54,414 nucleotides of DNA from a bacterium (GTDB lineage Bacteria; Patescibacteriota; CPR2; UBA1875; JAJYID01), in the NCBI GenBank assembly GCA_021796415.1, contig JAJYJC010000003.1, positions 1-54,414 on the forward strand, written 5' to 3'. Below are positions 35,874 to 43,002 of this stretch, piece after piece (position 1 is the stretch's first letter; each line of letters opens with the position of its first letter). The translations under genes and the position numbers were made by a program. A model generated the notes under the pieces. It was not told where the DNA came from. It worked only from the letters and a program-made list of their open reading frames with translations, and ran no database searches.

Positions 35874-35914
35874 GTTTGGTGCTTTTGGTGAAAAATCTTT
35901 TGGTGAAAAAAATA

Positions 35915-35943
35915 TTGCCAACTAGGCATAAAAGTGATAGAAT
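35915..35943 (+). promoter_or_regulatory. Sigma70 promoter
   Basis: TTGCCA-17 nt-TAGAAT. Confidence 0.65.
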
Positions 35944-36028
35944 TATGATTCTAAAATTCTTGCAATTCTTTTTTACAGGGATTTAAGAAGCACCCTTTCA
36001 TATATCCAGCAAACACTGTGTTAGGAGA

Positions 36029-36565
36029 GTGATTGTCATGACGAATCAGAAGATTGGACTGCAGATCTGGCCGCAGATACTCAGCACTATCAAGATGCTT
36101 ATCGGCATCCCGATCTACTTCCTGGGAGCCGCGGGGTACTGGATCGCTTTCGTCTCGGTCAGCCTCTTCAACATCTGGCTCGACAAGGCCGATGGCGACT
36201 TGGCCAGGTGGATTAAAAAGCATTTCAAAATTCCGCTTTGGCCTCGCGGGGAGCGTTACAACGGGAATACCGACATTTGGCAAGCGGGTTTTCTCCTGCC
36301 GTTATTCGGCTGGCGGTACATAATATTTCCAGGCGTCTTCATGCTTATTGGATTGGCCCTTTCGTCGAAAAGGGGTCCGGCTGGTGCTCTGGGAAGGTTG
36401 ATTTTGGTGCTCAACTCGCTCGTATCAATGACCGTCGCGTTCTGTATGGCCGGCGATAAGGTTACCGGTGACTGGTGGATTTCTGCACCGATCGTTCTGG
36501 TGGGGCTGCTCATGCTCTACCTGACGTGGGGCAGCTGGGTGAAGAACATCAGAGGCGAACTCTGA
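36029..36565 (+). CDS. Membrane protein with a degenerate CDP-alcohol phosphotransferase motif
   Basis: DKADGDLAR-x12-G-x3-N-x3-D; several TM segments; start at 36029 or 36038. Confidence 0.62.
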   Translation: MIVMTNQKIGLQIWPQILSTIKMLIGIPIYFLGAAGYWIAFVSVSLFNIWLDKADGDLARWIKKHFKIPLWPRGERYNGNTDIWQAGFLLPLFGWRYIIFPGVFMLIGLALSSKRGPAGALGRLILVLNSLVSMTVAFCMAGDKVTGDWWISAPIVLVGLLMLYLTWGSWVKNIRGEL

Positions 36566-36591
36566 TTAAACAGCCCGTCTAAGTGAACTTG

Positions 36592-36621
36592 CAAAGGTCC
36601 GCTCCGGCGGGCCTTTGTTTT
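36592..36621 (+). terminator. Intrinsic terminator
   Basis: CAAAGGTCCGC-TCCG-GCGGGCCTTTG-TTTT. Confidence 0.75.
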
Positions 36622-36662
36622 GCCTTTAAAGAGAGGGTTTAATGTGCTAGAATGAGACAAAT

Positions 36663-36725
36663 GTCATCCTGAGGCCTTGACGCCGAAGGATCTCATGTTA
36701 GATTCTTTATTTCATTCAGAATGAC
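36663..36725. repeat. REP-like doublet overlapping the first ATG of leuS
   Basis: GTCATCCTGAGG..GAAGGATCTC..AGATTCTT..CAGAATGAC. Confidence 0.8.
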
Positions 36726-39588
36726 AAAAAAAATGGAAAAATACAATCATAAAAAAATAGAGTCCAAGTGGCGGGAGATTTGGGAAAAATCAGGGATTTA
36801 CAACACTGATTTAGCATCAAAAGACCCTAAATTTTACAATTTGATTATGTTTCCGTATCCAAGCGGGGAATATTTGCATATCGGCCATGCTTACTCAGAC
36901 ACCGGAGCGGATGTTTATGGCAGGCACAAAAAGCTAAATGGCTACAATGTTTTTATGCCGATTGGTTATGACGCTTTTGGATTGCCAGCTGAGAATTATG
37001 CGATAAAAGCCGGTGTGAATCCAAAGGAAAGTACGGCAAGCAACATTGAACACGCCGAAAAACAGTTAAAGAGCTGGGGCTGCTCCTTTGATTGGTCGCA
37101 CAAAATGACAACTTCTGACCCAAGCTATTATAAATGGACGCAATGGTTGTTTTTGAAGCTTTACAAAAAAGGACTGGCTTATCAAAAGGAAGCGCCGGTG
37201 AACTGGTGTCCGGAGTGTAAGACGGTTCTTGCGAATGAACAAGTGATCGAAGGGCTTTGCGAGAGATGTGACTCGGAAGTCGTACAGAAGAATCTAAAGC
37301 AATGGTTTTTCAAAATTACCGATTACGCCGACAGATTGATAAAAGATTTGGATAAGGTAGATTGGCCGGAATCATCTATCACTAAGCAAAGAAATTGGAT
37401 AGGCAAAAGCGAAGGCGTGGAAGTACAATTTGAAATTCGAAATTCGAAATTCGAAAAAGAAGAGACCAAAATTACAGTTTTTACCACCAGAGTCGACACA
37501 ATATATGGTTGCACATATCTAGTTTTGGCGCCGGAACATCCATTGGTGGAAAAAATTACAGTTCCAGAGCAGAAGAAAGCAGTTGAGAAATATTTAATTC
37601 AAACTCAAAAATTAACGGAAATCGAGCGCCAGTCGCTTGAAAAAGAAAAAACAGGAGTCTTCACCGGCGCTTATGCCATAAATCCTTTTAACAATGAGGA
37701 AGTGCCGATTTGGATTGCTGATTATGTGCTTTACGGCTATGGAACCGGCGCGGTGATGGCCGTCCCGGCGCATGATGAGCGCGACTATGAGTTTGCCAAA
37801 AAATATAAATTGCCGATGAAGGAATCCGTGGCTCCATACACTAAGTTTGAAACCAAGCCGGGAAAAGAAACGGAAGTACGCGACCTTGCCATAGCGGTCG
37901 TCCGTAATCCGAAAGACAATAAGTATTTGTGCCTTAAGTGGAAAAAGACAAAATGGCAGGCATTTCCATCCGGAGGGACTGACGGCGAGGAAATTGTTAC
38001 AGCGGCAAAAAGAGAGGTTTTAGAAGAAACCGGCTATAAAAACATTAAATTCATTAAGAAATTCAGAAATACTATCTTTGAGGAATTTTACCGGCCTCAT
38101 AAGGATTCAAATGTCATTGCTCACTCCATTTATTCGCTCTTTGAACTTGAGAATGATGAGCGGCAAGAGGTGGCTCAGAAGGAAAAGGATCAGCATGAAG
38201 CAGTTTGGGTCAAGGCAGAAGAAGTCGAAAATTTCTTGAATATAAAACATCTGAAGATTTTCTGGAAGTCTCTACAGGCTGGAGAGGAGATGCCATTCAC
38301 TGGTCCCGGGAAGCTGGTGAACTCGGGTGAGTTTAATGGGTTATTCTCAGATGAGGCTAAAAAGAAAATGGCTGAGTGGTTGAAAAAGAAAGGCTTTGGA
38401 AGGCGCAAAATTAATTATCGTCTTCATGACTGGTCTATCGGCCGGCAGAGATATTGGGGAGCGCCGATACCTATTATTTATTGTGAAAAGTGTGGTGTGG
38501 TGCCGGTTCCTGAAAAAGATCTGCCGGTAAAGTTGCCGGAAAATGTCAAAGATTTTAAGCCAAAAGGTACCGGCAAAGGGCCATTGGCATCAGTAAAAGA
38601 ATTTGTTGACACCAGGTGTCCGTATTGCGGAGGCAAGGCGGAAAGAGAAACTGATACCATGGATACCTTTGTTGATTCAAGCTTCTACTTCATGCGCTAT
38701 CCAAGCGTTGGGGATGATAAAGAGATGATGGAGCCGAATATGACGAAGAAATGGTTGCCGGTTGATATGTATGTCGGCGGGGCAGAGCATGTCACAATGC
38801 ATCTTTTATACGCCCGATTTATAACCAAAGCCATGCATGACATGAAAATGATCAGTTTTGACGAGCCGTTTTTGAAGCTGCGCCATCAGGGCATGATTCT
38901 GGGCCCGGACGGCAAGAAAATGTCGAAATCAAAGGGCAACGTTATCATTCCGGACGAGGTTATAAGAGAACATGGCGCCGACGCTTTTCGAACCTACATT
39001 TTGTTTATGGGAAGGTTTGAAGACGGCGGTCCGTGGAATCCGAAAGGATTGGTCGGCGTCAAAAGGTTCTTGGAGAAAATTTGGAAAATGCATGAAAGCA
39101 CATGGCCAAAAATTTCAAATACGGAAATTCAGGCAAAGCTTGCGCGGACGATCAAGAAAGTCGGCGCGGATATTGAAGATTTTAAGTTTAATACCGCCAT
39201 TGCTTCGCTTATGAAGTTTTCAAATGTTTTGCAGGAAGAAAAGAACCCGATATCCAAGGGAGACTTTGAGAAGCTCATCGTTATTTTGTCGCCTTTTGCG
39301 CCATTTATGGCTGAAGAGTTCTGGGAAAAGCTGGGTAACAAGGATAGCGTACATGTTCAGGGTTGGCCGGAATATGACGAGAAATTAATAAAAGAAGAAA
39401 CCGTTACTGTGGCGGTGCAAATAAACGGCAAGGTTAGAGGACAGGTCGTGGCGAACGCAGAGGCGAACCAAGATGAAGTTTTGGAGCTGGCAAAAGCTAG
39501 CGAAAAAGTGCAGAAATATCTGGAAGGCAAGAAACTCGAGAAAGTCATATATGTTCCGGGCAAGCTGCTTAGCCTTGTCATAAGCTAA
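36721..39588 (+). CDS. leuS: Leucine--tRNA ligase with inserted NUDIX domain
   Basis: MFPYPSG.YLHIGH, FTTRVDT, GTGAVMAVPAHD, RQRYWGAPIP, KMSKS; Nudix-like box at 37972-38037; start may be 36733. Confidence 0.97.
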   Translation: MTKKMEKYNHKKIESKWREIWEKSGIYNTDLASKDPKFYNLIMFPYPSGEYLHIGHAYSDTGADVYGRHKKLNGYNVFMPIGYDAFGLPAENYAIKAGVNPKESTASNIEHAEKQLKSWGCSFDWSHKMTTSDPSYYKWTQWLFLKLYKKGLAYQKEAPVNWCPECKTVLANEQVIEGLCERCDSEVVQKNLKQWFFKITDYADRLIKDLDKVDWPESSITKQRNWIGKSEGVEVQFEIRNSKFEKEETKITVFTTRVDTIYGCTYLVLAPEHPLVEKITVPEQKKAVEKYLIQTQKLTEIERQSLEKEKTGVFTGAYAINPFNNEEVPIWIADYVLYGYGTGAVMAVPAHDERDYEFAKKYKLPMKESVAPYTKFETKPGKETEVRDLAIAVVRNPKDNKYLCLKWKKTKWQAFPSGGTDGEEIVTAAKREVLEETGYKNIKFIKKFRNTIFEEFYRPHKDSNVIAHSIYSLFELENDERQEVAQKEKDQHEAVWVKAEEVENFLNIKHLKIFWKSLQAGEEMPFTGPGKLVNSGEFNGLFSDEAKKKMAEWLKKKGFGRRKINYRLHDWSIGRQRYWGAPIPIIYCEKCGVVPVPEKDLPVKLPENVKDFKPKGTGKGPLASVKEFVDTRCPYCGGKAERETDTMDTFVDSSFYFMRYPSVGDDKEMMEPNMTKKWLPVDMYVGGAEHVTMHLLYARFITKAMHDMKMISFDEPFLKLRHQGMILGPDGKKMSKSKGNVIIPDEVIREHGADAFRTYILFMGRFEDGGPWNPKGLVGVKRFLEKIWKMHESTWPKISNTEIQAKLARTIKKVGADIEDFKFNTAIASLMKFSNVLQEEKNPISKGDFEKLIVILSPFAPFMAEEFWEKLGNKDSVHVQGWPEYDEKLIKEETVTVAVQINGKVRGQVVANAEANQDEVLELAKASEKVQKYLEGKKLEKVIYVPGKLLSLVIS

Positions 39589-39638
39589 ATATTTTGGTAT
39601 AATTTGTTGGTGTCGCATAAGAGAGTTTGTCGGGGGTG

Positions 39639-39707
39639 GTCATCCTGAGGCACGAAGGATCTCATGAGATTCTTCGCTCGTTTTGAGAAAAAGTCGCTCA
39701 GAATGAC
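39639..39707. repeat. REP-like doublet
   Basis: GTCATCCTGAGGCACGAAGGATCTC-ATGAGATTCTTCG..GCTCAGAATGAC. Confidence 0.85.
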
Positions 39708-39736
39708 GGACGTAGGATAATATTCGTATATTATTT

Positions 39737-40189
39737 ATGAAAAAAGAACCTGAAAAATTTGAATTATCCACATTTCCTGCAAAAATTGACGTAAAGAATC
39801 TTATTGCAAAGGGTAAAGTCGGTGACAGATTGAAAGCGGAAATTGACGAGAAACTGAATTTACGCCTTGATGAGGAAAATGTTTTACAGGAAATTTCCGG
39901 AAATGTTCAGCTCACACTTCTCGAGCAAGAGATTTTGGCGCAATTTGATATAAATTATTTAGCCAAAACCGTTTGCGCCAGATGTTTGGAGGAGTACGAA
40001 AGGAAAGGGGATGTTGCATTTGACAGGGAATATCTGATTGGCAGAAGGACGCCGGAGGAAGACAAGTTGATTGTAGATAAAAACTTCCAGATTGAAATCG
40101 GCGAACCTACACTCGAGGAAATTACTCTCGACATACCGATGAAACCGCTGTGCAGCGAGAAATGCGAAGGCATTATCGCAAAATCCTAA
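39737..40189 (+). CDS. yceD: DUF177/YceD family protein
   Basis: CARCLEE, PMKPLCSEKCEG; directly upstream of rpmF. Confidence 0.88.
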   Translation: MKKEPEKFELSTFPAKIDVKNLIAKGKVGDRLKAEIDEKLNLRLDEENVLQEISGNVQLTLLEQEILAQFDINYLAKTVCARCLEEYERKGDVAFDREYLIGRRTPEEDKLIVDKNFQIEIGEPTLEEITLDIPMKPLCSEKCEGIIAKS

Positions 40190-40290
40190 GCACTAAATCC
40201 GAAATTCTAAACAAATTCAAAATTGTAAAGGTTTAAAACATTTGAAAATTAGATATTGTTTAGACATTAGAAATTAGGATTTAGAAATTT
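40181..40290. repeat. Heptamer-period hairpin element, copy A
   Basis: First 43 bp identical to 40590-40632. Confidence 0.85.
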
Positions 40291-40367
40291 TCGTTGAAAT
40301 TTGCATTAGATAAACATTTAAGAAAAAATTAATAGAACATAAATAAACATACAGGAGATCACCAACG

Positions 40368-40598
40368 ATGGCTGTACCAAAGAAGAAAACTTCGCACAGA
40401 CGAACCAGGCAGAGAAGAGCGCACGACTCTTTAAATGCGCCAAATCTGGTTGCGTGCAAAAAATGCGGCGAGATGGGAATGCCTCACCGAGCCTGCACGA
40501 CCTGCGGATACTACGGAGATAAAAAAGTGCTCGATGTGGAATCCGGCCTTGCAAAGAAACTTAAAAAACAGGACAATAAAGAAGACGATAAATCCTAA
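40368..40598 (+). CDS. rpmF: 50S ribosomal protein L32 (Zn-ribbon type)
   Basis: MAVPKKKTS, CKKC..HRACTTCGYY. Confidence 0.97.
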   Translation: MAVPKKKTSHRRTRQRRAHDSLNAPNLVACKKCGEMGMPHRACTTCGYYGDKKVLDVESGLAKKLKKQDNKEDDKS

Positions 40599-40712
40599 GC
40601 ACTAAATCCGAAATTCTAAACAAATTCAAAATCATAAATCTAAAAGTTTAAAACATTTGAAAATTAAAATTTAAGTATTGTTTCGAATTTAGAAATTCGA
40701 ATTTAGAAATTA
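40590..40712. repeat. Heptamer-period hairpin element, copy B
   Basis: AAATCCTAAGCACTAAATCCGAAATTCTAAACAAATTCAAAAT ... TTGTTTCGAATTTAGAAATTCGAATTTAGAAATT. Confidence 0.85.
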
Positions 40713-40719
40713 AAAAACT

Positions 40720-41220
40720 ATGGCATCGAACCGGCACCTATCACGAATTATCTCACTGCAATCGCTCTTTGAAATAGCTTTTTGCGAGTTTCAGTTGGAT
40801 GGAAAGAAGTTAGCAAAGGCCGATAAAACAAAGAAAATAGAAGATGTCGTAGATAGAAATGTCGGGGAGTTTGCTTCCGGAGAGCAAAACAAGCAGTTTG
40901 CCCTAGATATCGCCAAGGGTGTCATCAAAAACGAAGACAAAATAGATGCCATCATAAGGCCGGCTGCGCCGGAATGGCCCATCGAACAAATAGCTTTGGT
41001 GGATCTGACTATTTTGCGTATGGCGGTTTATGAACTTTTGTTTTCAAAAGAAGAAATTCCTCCAAAGGTAGCTATTAATGAAGCGGTTGAACTCGCCAAA
41101 GCCTTTGGCGGACCCAGATCCTCAAAGTTTGTGAATGGGGTCTTGGGTACGGTTTACCGGGCAAGCGACAGGTACAACCCGGAGGATGACAAGCGTCCCC
41201 CGAAAGGCGACGCGGTATAG
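40720..41220 (+). CDS. nusB: Transcription antitermination factor NusB
   Basis: RHLSRI..LQSLF, APEWPIEQ..VDLTILR, INEAVELAKAFG..FVNGVLG. Confidence 0.95.
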   Translation: MASNRHLSRIISLQSLFEIAFCEFQLDGKKLAKADKTKKIEDVVDRNVGEFASGEQNKQFALDIAKGVIKNEDKIDAIIRPAAPEWPIEQIALVDLTILRMAVYELLFSKEEIPPKVAINEAVELAKAFGGPRSSKFVNGVLGTVYRASDRYNPEDDKRPPKGDAV

Positions 41221-41247
41221 AGTATTCAGTATTGAGTATAGAGGGCA

Positions 41248-41420
41248 GTCATTCTGGCCTGCCTGCCGGCAGGCAGGCCCGACCAGAATCTTGTAATATC
41301 AAATTAAAAATATCCCTGCTTCGCCGGCAGGCAGGTAATTTCTAACGAAATTCCAAATACCAAATCTTGAAACTTAACGAATTAGGAATTTGATTAGACA
41401 TTAGAAATTGGGACTTAGAA
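41248..41420. repeat. Composite repeat cluster
   Basis: GTCATTCTGG[CCTGCCTGCCGGCAGGCAGG]CCCGACCAGAATC; CCTGCTTCGCCGGCAGGCAGG; heptamer arms. Confidence 0.8.
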
Positions 41421-41423
41421 ATT

Positions 41424-42110
41424 ATGGTCGACAAAGACTTTAAGGCACTGCAGAAGAAAATTGGCGTAGATTTTAACGATGAGGGGCTCTTAACCACTGC
41501 ATTTATCCATCGTTCATACTTAAATGAAAACTCTGATTACAAAGAACACAACGAGCGCCTTGAATTTCTCGGGGATGCGGTTTTGGAGCTGGTGGTAACC
41601 GAGCACTTGTACAAAAATTATCCAAATCCCGAAGGGGATCTGACGAATTGGCGAAGCGCACTCGTAAAAACAGAGACTATTTCCGATGCATCGCGTGATC
41701 TGGGCTTTGAGAACTACCTTTTCATGTCTCGCGGCGAGTCAAAATCGAAGGGCAGGGCGCGCCAGCTCATCTTGGCGAATTGTTTTGAAGCGGTAATCGG
41801 CGCCATCTATATGGATAAAGGCTATACATCTGCCAAGAAATTTATCAGTGAAAATCTGATCAGGCGTTTGCCGGAAATAATCGAGAAGAAGTTATACATA
41901 GACCCCAAAAGCAGATTGCAGGAATTGGCGCAAAGAAAAGAAAGTATAACGCCTAAATATGATGTCTTAGAAGAGTCGGGGCCGGACCATCAAAGGACCT
42001 TTAAAGTTGGTGTTTTTCTGGAGAAAAGAAAAATAGGTGAAGGAAAAGGTTCCTCGAAGCAGCTTGCCCAGCAAGATGCCGCCGAAGACGCACTCAAGAG
42101 CTATAAATAG
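41424..42110 (+). CDS. rnc: Ribonuclease III
   Basis: HRSY, NERLEFLGDAVLEL, FEAVIGAIY, DPKSRLQE, AQQDAA. Confidence 0.97.
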   Translation: MVDKDFKALQKKIGVDFNDEGLLTTAFIHRSYLNENSDYKEHNERLEFLGDAVLELVVTEHLYKNYPNPEGDLTNWRSALVKTETISDASRDLGFENYLFMSRGESKSKGRARQLILANCFEAVIGAIYMDKGYTSAKKFISENLIRRLPEIIEKKLYIDPKSRLQELAQRKESITPKYDVLEESGPDHQRTFKVGVFLEKRKIGEGKGSSKQLAQQDAAEDALKSYK

Positions 42111-42123
42111 GACTCTCTTTAAG

Positions 42124-42160
42124 GAGGGTCGGACCGTGTCTCTTACAGGGTCCGACCCTC
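42124..42160. repeat. GGGTC.GACC-family palindrome
   Basis: GAGGGTCGGACC-13 nt-GGTCCGACCCTC. Confidence 0.7.
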
Positions 42161-42287
42161 AAAACAAAAAAATTGTTATTTTGGTCTGCCTTAAGGGGCT
42201 TAATCGAGATAATTTTCTTGTGCATAACTTTCCTTGCAATGCTTTTTGTTTGTGCCATAATAAAAACATAATTGGAAAGGAATTATC

Positions 42288-42779
42288 ATGAACACAGAAC
42301 AACCATCACCAAAAACAGAGGAAACTTTTAGTGAGAAAGTAGATCGAGTTTTGCCTAAGGGTAGAGTAGAAAATCCGGCAGAAGCCGAAGACGAGGCACG
42401 AATGGTAGAAGAAGCAAAAAAGCAGATTGAAAAAGATGGTCCAGTCGAAAAAGATTTATTTTTTGACAAAGAAAGAGATATAGTAGAAGAAATATTGCCA
42501 GGCAAGGTATTGTCTATAGAAACTAGTTATGAGCTTTTAGATAATCAAATTTCTGACAAAGAAGCACAGATTGAGAAGCTAAAGGGAGAGATTGCCGAAC
42601 TAAATGCAGTAAAAGAAGGAAAATCTGAAATGGGGTCAGCGATTAAAGATTCCTTGAGAGCTCCGGGGAATTTATCTACAGAAGAAGCTCAGCAAAAGAG
42701 AAAAGAGATAATCGAGAATGAAAAATTACAGGAAAAGAATATGGCAGATGATCGCAAGGATTTGAAGGAGGGAGTGTAG
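42288..42779 (+). CDS. Hypothetical acidic coiled-coil protein
   Basis: ATG after GAAAGGA; E/K-rich, heptad-like LDNQISDKEAQIEKLKGEIAEL. Confidence 0.72.
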   Translation: MNTEQPSPKTEETFSEKVDRVLPKGRVENPAEAEDEARMVEEAKKQIEKDGPVEKDLFFDKERDIVEEILPGKVLSIETSYELLDNQISDKEAQIEKLKGEIAELNAVKEGKSEMGSAIKDSLRAPGNLSTEEAQQKRKEIIENEKLQEKNMADDRKDLKEGV

Positions 42780-43002
42780 GAAGTTCGGCAGATGAAATTG
42801 CAATCATAAAAGATAGCGGTAATGACGCTATCTTTTATTTGTCTGATTTTTCATTTCCGATTTATTTTCCTTGTGCTAGAATATTGGAGATAGGGGCTTA
42901 TTGTTGCTTATAGTGACTTTTAGGGGCTTGTTGTATACAATTAGCAACCACAAGCCACAACCTAGACCCTATAAGTAACGGGTTTAAACGGAGGTTTTAT
43001 TT

